A stretch of DNA of 64,000 nt from Synechococcus sp. GTDB taxonomy: Bacteria; Cyanobacteriota; Cyanobacteriia; PCC-6307; Cyanobiaceae. The translations under genes were made by a program, and so were the position numbers. This document shows positions 19,748-29,700 of this stretch, piece after piece. The stretch lies in assembly GCA_047285305.1 (NCBI GenBank), contig JBJBDL010000003.1, forward strand, positions 256,001 to 320,000, in the 5' to 3' direction. Each line of letters opens with the position of its first letter. The first letter of the stretch is position 1. A model generated the notes under the pieces. The model was not told where the DNA came from. It was given only the letters and a program-made list of their open reading frames with translations, and ran no database searches.

Positions 19748-22213
19748 ATGAAACTGGGTGAATCTAAGTGTAAAATAAATGTGGAAGGCCTCGATTATAA
19801 TGTCAATCAATTAATCAAGATAGGAGAGGAAGTTTGGAGGAAGAAAAAAGCTGAAGGTAATTTCATTGGCATAAAAGGGGCAAATGATGCGTACACGATC
19901 GGAATATTACTTTATTGCTTAGAACAATCAAAGAAGGTATTGCTAATTCCAAGAGAGATGACAATAGATCGAGTCATTATGAATCTTCCACAAGGATGCT
20001 TGGCAGGAATCCTGACAATTGAAGGGAGAGATATAAATTGGGTAAGTCACAGAGAAGAGATTCAAATTATGAAGGATCAGCTAAAAGAAAAATATGAAGA
20101 TGGGGGTGTAGCGATGTTCACTACTGGCAGTACAGGCAAGCCAAAAGTTGTTTATCATACCTTAAAGAGTTTGATCATAGGAGGAAAGAATATATTAGAA
20201 GCATATCAAATAACAAGCCAAGACAAAGGTTTGGGTGTATTACCAGTAACACACATGAATGGGTTGGTTACAACATTAGTTGCGCCAATAATTAGCAACA
20301 GCAGTGTTGTATTTTACAGCAAGTCTTTGTTCACATATTTGGACTTTGTGGATACTTGCTCTAAGCATAAGTGCACTTGGTTTTCAGCAACACCGTATTA
20401 TTTAAAGAGATTACTAGAAACGTATAAGGAAGGAATGAACTACTCTGGACTTCGTTTTATAAGAAGCGCCTCTTCCGCCTTAGATAAAAAAACTCAAAGA
20501 GAGGCTAGCCAAAAGATTAATTGCCCAGTCTATAATTCTATGGGCATGACAGAAGCTGCTGGACAGATATGTAGCCAAAAGAAGGGAAGGGAAAGTATTG
20601 GCAATGTAGGGTACCCAATTAATATTAAAGTGAGGGTAAAATACGGTAACACTATTAACAATAGCGGGGAGGGAGAACTTATATATAAAGGTGATACTAT
20701 TATAGATAAATATTTATTCAAATCCGATAATATTGACAGCTCAGATGGGTGGTTAATGTCCGGTGATGATGGATACATCCATAATGATGGAAGTATTAGC
20801 ATAAAAGGTAGACTAAAAAATACAATTAACTTCTGTGGAATTAAATTCAATGCCGAAGAAATAGAAGAATATATCCTAAGAGAATTCAATATTGAATCAG
20901 CAGCGATGCCAATTGATTCTAATAAATATGGACAGCGTGTAATTCTATATATTGAAGATTTGGGAAGCGTAGTAAATGGTAGCGAGCTAAATGGAGAGCT
21001 AATAAAGTATTTTGGATATAAAGAGCTCGTAAAAACAATATATAGAGTAGAAAGGCTGGAACGGTTTCCAAACAGAAAGTTAAACAAGATATTTATATAT
21101 AAAAATTGCAGTGATCAAATAATATATGAGGATGCATTTCTAGCAAATATAAAAGGACAAACTAGCGAGGAAAAGGCAATTAACTTAGTTTGCAGTTGTA
21201 CTGGATACTCAAGAAGTAATATTGATAAAAAGACAAGTGCAAAAGATAGAATTAATTGGGACTCACTTGCAACATTATCTATGATCTGTAGCTTAGAGGA
21301 GACATTAGAAAGAAAGATTCAGGAGAATGAATATTCTCTATGTGAAAGTGTTGAGGGCATATCATGCTTACTTGAGAAAAAGAGTAGTAATATCAACAAT
21401 GTTCAGACAACTAATAGGCTAGAAAGAGGTTTGATGAGGGAATTTATGAATAAATACAAATTAGATCAAACTGAATATTTATACTTAATCGGCAATAAAG
21501 AATGCATAGAGAAAATAGGATTCCATGATCCATTTAATTTCATCACAGCATTGGAAGAAGAGTGTAGAGCATCTAATATTAATCTGATAATGAATTCATT
21601 TACCTGGAAGTTTTGTGAGGGGCTTAGCTATTCAGCTAATGACACGAGATCAGAGATGGGGCTAATAAATGAAATATTTAGAACAAGATGTAAACAAAGA
21701 ACAGAAAGTGCTATTTATCCATACAGTATAATGAAGTATGATGAATCACTTACTCACGAAGACGAGTCATGCTGGGGAAAAGATTCAACGTGCCAAAAAT
21801 TACTAAGAAAGGAGAGTTGCTCGGTTATTAATATTGGGGTCGGCAAAAAGGGAAATTCATTACTCAGAGGTAACACATGTCTACATGCTTTAGAAGAAAT
21901 AAAAAATGTTCCTTATAGAGAATTCAAAACTTTTACGGGCCTAGCCAAGCTAAAAATAAACCAAGATGAGTATGTTAAGCATTCAGAAAAATTATTTGTC
22001 AGAAGTAATCGATATTCCAGTATAGACTATGAATGGGGAGCATTGCTAGAAAGAATTAAAGACTATAGATCGACTAATATCAATCATCAAAATCAAATAT
22101 TAAAATATCACATGAAACATTTAAGGAAGGAAGGATATGAGATATTTGATGAGAATATAATGTTTCCAATAGACAAAATGTATCAAGAAAGAATAATTCA
22201 TGGATGTAATTAA
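19748..22213 (+). CDS. Fusion of AMP-dependent ligase (adenylation), carrier domain and AAC(3)-family N-acyltransferase
   Basis: A-domain motifs FTTGSTGKPK, MGMTEA, GWLMSGD, KGRLKN and NRKLNK; carrier motif WDSLAT; C-terminal SEMGLINEIFR...CWGKDS...NTCLHALEE..NVPYREFKTFTG as in AAC(3)/YokD. Confidence 0.75.
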   Translation: MKLGESKCKINVEGLDYNVNQLIKIGEEVWRKKKAEGNFIGIKGANDAYTIGILLYCLEQSKKVLLIPREMTIDRVIMNLPQGCLAGILTIEGRDINWVSHREEIQIMKDQLKEKYEDGGVAMFTTGSTGKPKVVYHTLKSLIIGGKNILEAYQITSQDKGLGVLPVTHMNGLVTTLVAPIISNSSVVFYSKSLFTYLDFVDTCSKHKCTWFSATPYYLKRLLETYKEGMNYSGLRFIRSASSALDKKTQREASQKINCPVYNSMGMTEAAGQICSQKKGRESIGNVGYPINIKVRVKYGNTINNSGEGELIYKGDTIIDKYLFKSDNIDSSDGWLMSGDDGYIHNDGSISIKGRLKNTINFCGIKFNAEEIEEYILREFNIESAAMPIDSNKYGQRVILYIEDLGSVVNGSELNGELIKYFGYKELVKTIYRVERLERFPNRKLNKIFIYKNCSDQIIYEDAFLANIKGQTSEEKAINLVCSCTGYSRSNIDKKTSAKDRINWDSLATLSMICSLEETLERKIQENEYSLCESVEGISCLLEKKSSNINNVQTTNRLERGLMREFMNKYKLDQTEYLYLIGNKECIEKIGFHDPFNFITALEEECRASNINLIMNSFTWKFCEGLSYSANDTRSEMGLINEIFRTRCKQRTESAIYPYSIMKYDESLTHEDESCWGKDSTCQKLLRKESCSVINIGVGKKGNSLLRGNTCLHALEEIKNVPYREFKTFTGLAKLKINQDEYVKHSEKLFVRSNRYSSIDYEWGALLERIKDYRSTNINHQNQILKYHMKHLRKEGYEIFDENIMFPIDKMYQERIIHGCN

Positions 22214-22433
22214 TCAGTATGTGTGAAGATTTCTACACTTAGGATATATCAATAGCGAGCAATTAGATACAGCTAACTATTGATTATGACAGTTCTAACA
22301 ATAGTGATACTCATAAATACAGATAACTGCCAACAATTTCAACCATTAATGAAGATATAGAATAAAGATATTCAATTTAGATGTCTATGCATGAAAGAGA
22401 TTAAAGTAAATTGAAAACGATCGAAGGAAAAAT

Positions 22434-23570
22434 CTATTTATTATTGAAATCATAAAGCTGCTGGAGATCGTGTTTGTCAAGAAGCGCTAAACAAAAATCT
22501 GGCCATTTTTTCAAAATATAATTGAAATCAATACTATCAATAGAAGATGGATTAACGTGGAAATTCCACATATTATTATTATAATTAGAAACAAGCGTCA
22601 AGCTTGAGTCATAGGCAAGAGAAAAAGTATAGCGAGAACGATACATTGAAACTAGTGATGTATTGATAGAATTTAGTGAAATCCTGAATACAGAAGTAAA
22701 CAAGTCTCGTAATTGTAATTTAGCAGTACCTGGATCATTCGACAAATTGAACATAGATGAATAACCATAACGAGAGTATATAAGAAAAAGACAGTTAATA
22801 TATTGATTAAGAATTTTTGGGTTGCTAAAAATTAAATTTGCTTCTTGACTTAAGCTTCGTAAGTACCTTGAATCTATTAGATTTTTTTTTGAAGCACTGC
22901 GCGAATTACGTAATGGAGGAGATGTTCCTCGAACATATAAAGGTGAATGGAATTGATATACAGATCCTGTGAGGAGAATACAAAAGGCAAGTATATATTG
23001 AAATGATTTTCCACTATAACCAATTATATCAAAAGCAGCAGGATCAAGATTGTCAATAAATATCTTTAAAATAAATTTAAAACGCTGCCTATCGTATATA
23101 GTAAAAAAGTCAATACTGAGAGGCGAAAAATGTTGCATCAGAATGTCATTTAAGTCGACATTCCTGTTATATATAAGTGGGCTATTGGAATAAGGTGAGT
23201 AATGAACAGAGTTAGATTCGTCAAGCTGCATATTAAGCGTATAAATACTAGCAGACGAGTAAGTGCTTAAATGGGTAAACTCAGAGGACAACTTTTGCGC
23301 TGAATTAAACAATATAAAATCATCATCTCCAGCTAAATAAACATTCTTAGCATTACTAGAGCAGAGCATATTATAAATTCGCACAACATTTGACTCTTCA
23401 GAGGGCTCTACAAGATGTAGTTTGCTGAGAAGTTGACGGGATAAAGGTTCTGATTGTGGATGACGAGATAAAAAGACATTATCGAATATAGAGCTATAGG
23501 ATAATAGAGTCTTACATATAGATGATTCTGGCCTTGCAGAAAATACTATTACATCAGAAGAAGAAATCAT
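22434..23570 (-). CDS. Putative glycosyltransferase-like protein (TIGR00180-like, divergent)
   Basis: VYLAGDDDFI DxD-type motif; last gene of the CDP-sugar operon; otherwise very Ser/Leu/Phe-rich and divergent. Confidence 0.45.
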   Translation of the reverse strand: MISSSDVIVFSARPESSICKTLLSYSSIFDNVFLSRHPQSEPLSRQLLSKLHLVEPSEESNVVRIYNMLCSSNAKNVYLAGDDDFILFNSAQKLSSEFTHLSTYSSASIYTLNMQLDESNSVHYSPYSNSPLIYNRNVDLNDILMQHFSPLSIDFFTIYDRQRFKFILKIFIDNLDPAAFDIIGYSGKSFQYILAFCILLTGSVYQFHSPLYVRGTSPPLRNSRSASKKNLIDSRYLRSLSQEANLIFSNPKILNQYINCLFLIYSRYGYSSMFNLSNDPGTAKLQLRDLFTSVFRISLNSINTSLVSMYRSRYTFSLAYDSSLTLVSNYNNNMWNFHVNPSSIDSIDFNYILKKWPDFCLALLDKHDLQQLYDFNNK

Positions 23571-24322
23571 TTCTGAAGAAGGATAGGTTTAAGCATATTA
23601 GGATTATGAGGATGATTAATATCGCTAAAGCGATAGTTTATATTAAAATTGGTTTTATGGCCTAGGTTAATATTAGTTTGATGTAGAAGTAGGCCACTGA
23701 ATAGTAAGATGTCGCCCCGAGACAGCTCCTGTACGTAAGAAGAGTAGTTAAGTGCTGATGGGCAAAATCTTCGCTTGTTGCCGCCCGTCCAATCATACTT
23801 GCCTGACGTATCACCCCAAGAGATATGGTCTAGCGGTCCATGCGTATGAGACTTGGGAATAATTGAGAGTGCCCCATCAATATAAGAAAGATCAGAAAAA
23901 GGAATGTACGCGCTAAGAAAATCAACGGACCCTTGACAATGAAAAAAATCTTGATGCCATGATGTCATTTCTTTACTTTCATAAGGAACATCAACTCGCA
24001 AGGGAGCCTTCGAATAAACAATCGGTGAATTAAATATATCAAAAAGCAGAGTTCTAAGGATCTCTGAATATTGATAGATGTCAAAATGTAGTCTGGCACG
24101 CTGAAGAGAATCATAGATACAAGTGCAAAGACCCGGATTATTCTTTAGAAGTAAAGAAAATTCAGGTGAAAATATACTATGCTTTATGGAAAAAGAATCT
24201 GCTAGATGGTTCTGTATTAGCTCAGAAGTTCTCTCTATCTGGTCAATTGGAAGTGCATTTTTAAGAACGACAACACCTTCCTGAAGTAAATTAGACCTTA
24301 ATGACATAATAGGAGCCGTCAC
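23567..24322 (-). CDS. Phytanoyl-CoA dioxygenase (PhyH) family Fe(II)/2OG enzyme
   Basis: WHQD, G.L.IIPKSH and GDILLFSGLLLH motifs give an H-x-D...H triad. Confidence 0.85.
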   Translation of the reverse strand: MTAPIMSLRSNLLQEGVVVLKNALPIDQIERTSELIQNHLADSFSIKHSIFSPEFSLLLKNNPGLCTCIYDSLQRARLHFDIYQYSEILRTLLFDIFNSPIVYSKAPLRVDVPYESKEMTSWHQDFFHCQGSVDFLSAYIPFSDLSYIDGALSIIPKSHTHGPLDHISWGDTSGKYDWTGGNKRRFCPSALNYSSYVQELSRGDILLFSGLLLHQTNINLGHKTNFNINYRFSDINHPHNPNMLKPILLQK

Positions 24323-25161
24323 AATGGAGAAAGATACTTGCGGTAGTCGCCAGTAGATGCTGAATCAGAATTTTTGGGGAGCCGAAAATCTTTCAATTTA
24401 TCAATAGATTTAAGATACAGTCGGAAGTCACAACTAATACGAGTCAATGGAGTGAGATTTGGTATTGAACCATGAAGATGATGACCTGAAAATAAGACAT
24501 ACTGCCCATTATCTAAATCTATCGGTTTAACAAGCGCGGGATTTGGTAAACTATCCTTCATCATTGGATGAGGCCTATTTTCAGAGAGGATATTGCTATT
24601 AGAGGAAGCAAGTGGTCTATGTACTTGGTCCCATGTATCAAGATCAAAAGACTGAGAAGTATTTGGTACTGATTTAGCAAAGAAATCTGGAGCAATACCA
24701 AATGTTCGATCCTTAGAAACATTTAAAATTGGAAACCACACATTCAACTGATCAATACCTGCCCCATACCAAGTGTCTCTATGTAATTTATAGTTATAAG
24801 AAACCCCAGAACTAATCCTAGTTGAATTTGGTATAATGCGTAGTCGAGGCTTGTCGTATAAGAAATCAGTTGGGTCCATGCACAACTGAGAATCCACAAA
24901 AAGTCTTAGCTGTTCCTCAAAATCACTATTTGCAGTGAACTCCGTCTTCGAGAGAGAAGCTTTCTGGACAAAGTTAGATATGTCGTCTAACGAAAATGAA
25001 GCATTTAAGTCAGCACCAAAGTTGTTGGTTAATATAGATAAGGCTTTGTTTTTTATAGGATCTAAAGAGTCACTAGAAGATATAAGAATTTTTCCATCAA
25101 AAATTTGTTGAATTAGATCCTGAGATAAGCATTTATTAGTTTCTTTTAAAAAGTATTCCAT
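24319..25161 (-). CDS. Fe(II)/2OG dioxygenase-like protein
   Basis: LHRDTW, QLNVWFP and LFSGHHLHGS.PN....TRISCDFR motifs. Confidence 0.75.
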   Translation of the reverse strand: MEYFLKETNKCLSQDLIQQIFDGKILISSSDSLDPIKNKALSILTNNFGADLNASFSLDDISNFVQKASLSKTEFTANSDFEEQLRLFVDSQLCMDPTDFLYDKPRLRIIPNSTRISSGVSYNYKLHRDTWYGAGIDQLNVWFPILNVSKDRTFGIAPDFFAKSVPNTSQSFDLDTWDQVHRPLASSNSNILSENRPHPMMKDSLPNPALVKPIDLDNGQYVLFSGHHLHGSIPNLTPLTRISCDFRLYLKSIDKLKDFRLPKNSDSASTGDYRKYLSPL

Positions 25162-25840
25162 TGTAAAAAGAAGACATACCTATTTTATCATAATCTCTAC
25201 TTTGGATGAAGTCTGGGTGGTCGACCAACCACTTGGATACAGCTGATCCAGCACTACTTCCAACATCCCAAGGACGGTCTGGCCAAGAGCCAGGAGACAG
25301 GTACTCTATACAAGTTCCGAAGACAACAATGCAAGAATTTACAGAGACTAACTGAGAATATAATTCCAGTTCACGAAGCACATGAGATTCTTCGCGACTA
25401 GAATCGAGCAATACAATACAAGAGTTGCCTGAAATAATTGATTGAACCTTATCGAATACACTCAGATCAACAGAAGAACCCTCAACAACAGTAATGTAAT
25501 CAAAATATGGAAATTTTTTCAGTCGCTCAAAATTTGATTTTCTCATTTCAATCTCAATTGTTATGACTCTTCTCTTATTACTGCGTAAAGGCAGAGAACT
25601 ATCCATGCCATACATTATGGACGCTAGATAAGAAGACAACCCCCCGTGTGCGGTACCAGTTTCAATCACAAATTGAGGCTTAATAGACCATAGCAGTTGT
25701 TGTATTGTCAACAAATCGTGGGGGTATTGAATAACTGGAATTCCAAACCAAGAGAACTGATAGCAATATTTTATGGAATTTGCATGCTCAAAAAGCGAAA
25801 GACTCTGATCAAAGAAAGAATCATTTGTGTTATTTGGCAT
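25136..25840 (-). CDS. CmcI-family O-methyltransferase, divergent copy
   Basis: WFGIPVIQYPHDL, KPQFVIETGTAHGG and EGSS motifs; clear paralogue of 25844..26605. Confidence 0.85.
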   Translation of the reverse strand: MPNNTNDSFFDQSLSLFEHANSIKYCYQFSWFGIPVIQYPHDLLTIQQLLWSIKPQFVIETGTAHGGLSSYLASIMYGMDSSLPLRSNKRRVITIEIEMRKSNFERLKKFPYFDYITVVEGSSVDLSVFDKVQSIISGNSCIVLLDSSREESHVLRELELYSQLVSVNSCIVVFGTCIEYLSPGSWPDRPWDVGSSAGSAVSKWLVDHPDFIQSRDYDKIGMSSFYNGILFKRN

Positions 25841-25843
25841 TAC

Positions 25844-26605
25844 TTACGATTTAATTTTTTTAAGATAACCACGAGGTGCCACTGAAACTAATAATTTTTT
25901 GTCAATCATTTCATCAATATCAAAATTTTCATTTTTACTCAACCAAAAATCTACGGCCGTCATAGGATTATCTCCCTTATCCCACGGACGATCCGGAAAA
26001 GAACCACTAGGGAGGTTTTCAATAACAGTATCAAATACAATACAATAACTTTCGACAGATACTAAGTCAGAATATGAATTTAATTCTTCCAAGACATGAT
26101 CATGAGTATGATTTGAATCTAATATGACCATTACTTTTTGATAATTAGATGCAAAATTGCGAACTTCTTGGATAATATCTGGATCGATCGAAGAGCCTTC
26201 TATGAGCCGCATCTTAAAGAAAAAAGGATGCTGCTTCATAGCCTCATGATTATGATTTCTAATATCTATATCTATAGCGAGTACTTTCCGTTCAGAAGTA
26301 CGAGGGTCTTTACCCTCAGCGATATCTAACAAAGCTAGGAATGAAGCGGACATGACAACAGAGCCTCCATGAGCAATACCAGTCTCAATTATCAAATCAG
26401 GCTTTACCTGAAAAATAAGCTCCTGTATCTGGACAATGTCATGAGGATATTGAATAATAGGCCTACCCATAAATTCAAAATTGTAAGAATATTGACTTGC
26501 ATTTGCAGTATTAAGCCACGATTGCGAAACAGTTGCCAATAATTTGTTCTCGCCTTGTTTTTTGATTCTTTGATTTCTTTCACTTACAAAATCATCGTAG
26601 CTCAT
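25844..26605 (-). CDS. CmcI-family (cephalosporin hydroxylase / rhamnosyl O-methyltransferase-like) protein
   Basis: GRPIIQYP.D, KPDLIIETGIAHGGS, LDSNHTHDHVLEEL and APRGYLK motifs. Confidence 0.9.
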   Translation of the reverse strand: MSYDDFVSERNQRIKKQGENKLLATVSQSWLNTANASQYSYNFEFMGRPIIQYPHDIVQIQELIFQVKPDLIIETGIAHGGSVVMSASFLALLDIAEGKDPRTSERKVLAIDIDIRNHNHEAMKQHPFFFKMRLIEGSSIDPDIIQEVRNFASNYQKVMVILDSNHTHDHVLEELNSYSDLVSVESYCIVFDTVIENLPSGSFPDRPWDKGDNPMTAVDFWLSKNENFDIDEMIDKKLLVSVAPRGYLKKIKS

Positions 26606-27360
26606 TTTTTTGTGATTTTTATTCGTACTTCATATTCTACACCATCCTCCTTAAAAGAGCATGCCGGATGTCCACTAAAAGTACGAGCCCTAAGTAAATT
26701 AATAAGCTTGCGCATAGTGAATTTTTGATCAAGTTCAAGTTTAGATGCACTCACCATATCGGACTGATAGTGCATAGTTGACTTTTTATTATCTTGAGGA
26801 ATACTATTAAAACTTAAAGTACGAATATTTTGATAATGCTCAATAAATAAACTGATCATTTCAGACTGAGCTCTATGAAAAAGGGTCTCCCCGGTATCAG
26901 TCCAATCGTAAGGAATAGTCTTCTGAAATAAGACGGGTCCAGTATCAATTCCAGAATCAACTTGGTGTATGGATACACCAAAGGGAGTTTCGTCTACAAG
27001 AGTCCAGAAATTATAATTTTTACCACGGTTAAAGGGTAAAAGGCTGGGATGAGTATTTATGAAACCATTTCGGGATAAAGATATGATCTCTTGAGATATA
27101 ATTTTTGGCCACCAACAAAGCAATCCCAAATCAACAGAAATATTATTTTCAGAGATAAACAACTTGAGTGCAATGTCGGAATCATAGATATGATACGGAA
27201 TCGACAATTCTTTAGCCATATGAGATATTGAGTTTGAAGATGTTAACACGACCGCTGCAATATCACTTGCGAAATTCTGCATAAGCCATTGAGATATTGT
27301 GCAGCCTACTAAGCCATCGGCAAATAACAAAACTGAAGGCGAACTTAAATTAAGTGTCAT
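26602..27360 (-). CDS. Sugar N-formyltransferase
   Basis: INTHPSLLPFNRG and GVSIHQVDSGIDTGP formyltransferase motifs. Confidence 0.9.
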   Translation of the reverse strand: MTLNLSSPSVLLFADGLVGCTISQWLMQNFASDIAAVVLTSSNSISHMAKELSIPYHIYDSDIALKLFISENNISVDLGLLCWWPKIISQEIISLSRNGFINTHPSLLPFNRGKNYNFWTLVDETPFGVSIHQVDSGIDTGPVLFQKTIPYDWTDTGETLFHRAQSEMISLFIEHYQNIRTLSFNSIPQDNKKSTMHYQSDMVSASKLELDQKFTMRKLINLLRARTFSGHPACSFKEDGVEYEVRIKITKK

Positions 27361-27362
27361 AA

Positions 27363-28484
27363 TTAGAGGGAGGAAGAGTATGACTTAGTCATAATATTGC
27401 AAATAGTCTTGACCTCTACTTCAGTCATGTCGTGAAAAGAGGGTAAATTAATTGACCGTAGATGAATACTTTCAGACAAGTACTCTTTGTCAAAAGCTTT
27501 TGCACCATTGACAGGAGTAAGAGAAAGCGGCCAAAAGAAAACTCTTGCATCGATACCCAAGCTTTTTAATTTATTTAATAGATTGTCTCGTTGCAAAGGT
27601 TGCTTAAAAACAACAGTTGGCATCCAATAGCCATTAGTACAATTATCCTGTATAGGATTCATCATAACTCCATCGATATCTAGATATTTTTTATACCATT
27701 GAAATATAATTTGTTTTTTATGAATTAGCTCGTCAATGCGTTCTAATTGACCTAAACCAATAGCTGCCTGAACGTTACTCATTTTATACTTATATCCCAC
27801 CATATCTGGCCAAAACTGTTTAACTTGCCCAGTGGCTCTACCATGATTTGATAGCGTTAACACATGCTCATATAAAGCCGGATCATCTGTAACGAATATA
27901 CCCCCCTCCCCCGTTGTTATTGTCTTAGTGCCATGGAATGAAAAAGCACCAAACTTTCCCATACTTCCAGCTTTTCTACCGTGGTAGACAGACCCAATGG
28001 CTTCAGCTGCATCCTCAATAACAGGAATATGATAGCGATCTCCAATAGCAAGTAACTCATCCATCTCGCAAAGATTACCGTAAAGATGAACAGCAACAAT
28101 GGCCTTTGTCCTTGACGTAATTGCTGCCTCAACTTGTCTCGGATCTAAACACCAACTATCAGGCAAAATATCAACAAATATGGGTTTACCGCCCAAGTGA
28201 ACAATCGGTGCTGCACTAGCAACCCAATTCGTGTTAGCCATAATCACTTCATCTCCTGGCCCGATACCCAAGGCATGCATTCCCATATGCAACGCGCCGG
28301 TACAACTACTTGTACTTATGGCATATTGAACTCCTAAATGCCGCTTAAAAGCCTCCTCGAATCGATAAATATATTTATAACACTCTTCACCCCAGCCATT
28401 GCGTACAGCATCAGCTGCATAGTCAATTTCAAGCTCTGTAATGGACGGCTTGGTATAAGGGATCTTGCGCGAAATATCGTTCAT
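27363..28484 (-). CDS. DegT-family sugar aminotransferase (perosamine synthase-like)
   Basis: SSCTGALH, EDAAEAIG and FSFHGTKTITTGEGG motifs. Confidence 0.9.
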   Translation of the reverse strand: MNDISRKIPYTKPSITELEIDYAADAVRNGWGEECYKYIYRFEEAFKRHLGVQYAISTSSCTGALHMGMHALGIGPGDEVIMANTNWVASAAPIVHLGGKPIFVDILPDSWCLDPRQVEAAITSRTKAIVAVHLYGNLCEMDELLAIGDRYHIPVIEDAAEAIGSVYHGRKAGSMGKFGAFSFHGTKTITTGEGGIFVTDDPALYEHVLTLSNHGRATGQVKQFWPDMVGYKYKMSNVQAAIGLGQLERIDELIHKKQIIFQWYKKYLDIDGVMMNPIQDNCTNGYWMPTVVFKQPLQRDNLLNKLKSLGIDARVFFWPLSLTPVNGAKAFDKEYLSESIHLRSINLPSFHDMTEVEVKTICNIMTKSYSSSL

Positions 28485-28485
28485 A

Positions 28486-29700
28486 TCAAGATTTGTATTT
28501 CTGAATCAGCTTAAGGGTGGGAATTGCTGTTACCAACTTGCGCCCGGGCAATTCACAACTCAGCTCGTCAATGAGATTCCAAGGAAGAACAAGAACAGAA
28601 TCTGGCTTATAAGAATTTAAATATTCAGGCGACACCACAGGAATGTGACTTGCAGGCAAATATTTCCCCTGTTTACTTAACGAACGATCAGCAACCATTG
28701 GCAGCAAATCTGAACGAACTCCCGCATAATTTAACAACGTATTACCTTTTGCCGCAGCACCATAACCGATAACACGCTCACCTTTTTGTTTAGTGGATAG
28801 CAAAAAGTCTAATAGGCCAAATTTAGCTTGTTCAGCTCGATGCTGAAAACCAACATAGGCCTCACAAGTTTCTAGGCTAGCAGCATCTTCAAGGGCAATG
28901 ACATCAGCAACAGAATCAGCAACTTCAACTTTCCCATGCAAAGCAAGCCATATACGCAAACTACCTCCATGAGTTGGAAGCTGCTCAACATCAACTACCT
29001 GCAATCCCTGAGCTTCAGCAATTCGCATGACTACTCTCAGACTAAGGTAACTGTAATGCTCGTGATAAATCGTATCAAACTGATTACCTTCGAGCAACTT
29101 CAATAGATGGGGAAATTCAATCGAAGCCAAACCATCAAGCTTCAACAAACACGCGATACCCGCCACAAAATCGTTTATATCCGGCACGTGTGCTAAAACA
29201 TTATTGGCGACAACAAGATCTGCTTTATCTAGCTTCTCAGCTAGAGCAATTCCAAAGAACTCTTCAATTGTATTTATCCCTTTCGCGCGAGCAGCCTCAG
29301 CGGTAGCGTGGGTTGGTTCAATACCAAGACAAGGAATTTTATTCTCCTTCATATATTGAAGAAGGTAACCATCATTTGACGCCAGCTCTACAACATGGCT
29401 TTTTTCATTTAGTCCCAGACGATCAATCGCCTTAGTTACAAAGGCCTTTGCATGAGCACACCAACTAGTTGATGTACTGGAAAAATAAGCATAATCAGGT
29501 GTGAAAAGTTGCTCGGCTTTAGCATGGGCTGGCAATTGCATTAACCAGCAATTTGTACAAATGAATACCTTCAGCGGATAGGTAATCTCAGGCAATGACA
29601 ACTGTTCATTTGTTAGATATGCATTACTGGGGGGCTGATGGCCCAGATCAATCACCTCAGTGGACAAAGAAGATCCACAATGTCGACAACAAAAACTCAT
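28486..29700 (-). CDS. NDP-hexose C3-methyltransferase
   Basis: Zn-binding CRHC...CTNC, ELASNDGYLL, DTIYHEHYSY, HGGSLR and YGAAAKGNTLL motifs. Confidence 0.9.
   Translation of the reverse strand: MSFCCRHCGSSLSTEVIDLGHQPPSNAYLTNEQLSLPEITYPLKVFICTNCWLMQLPAHAKAEQLFTPDYAYFSSTSTSWCAHAKAFVTKAIDRLGLNEKSHVVELASNDGYLLQYMKENKIPCLGIEPTHATAEAARAKGINTIEEFFGIALAEKLDKADLVVANNVLAHVPDINDFVAGIACLLKLDGLASIEFPHLLKLLEGNQFDTIYHEHYSYLSLRVVMRIAEAQGLQVVDVEQLPTHGGSLRIWLALHGKVEVADSVADVIALEDAASLETCEAYVGFQHRAEQAKFGLLDFLLSTKQKGERVIGYGAAAKGNTLLNYAGVRSDLLPMVADRSLSKQGKYLPASHIPVVSPEYLNSYKPDSVLVLPWNLIDELSCELPGRKLVTAIPTLKLIQKYKS

Noticed and set aside
21400..22213. AAC(3) domain as an aminoglycoside-resistance gene
   Set aside because: It is fused to adenylation and carrier domains inside a glycan locus, so a biosynthetic role is much more plausible.
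25136..26605. Cephalosporin biosynthesis implied by the CmcI family name
   Set aside because: No beta-lactam pathway genes are present; the family is common in sugar loci as methyltransferases.
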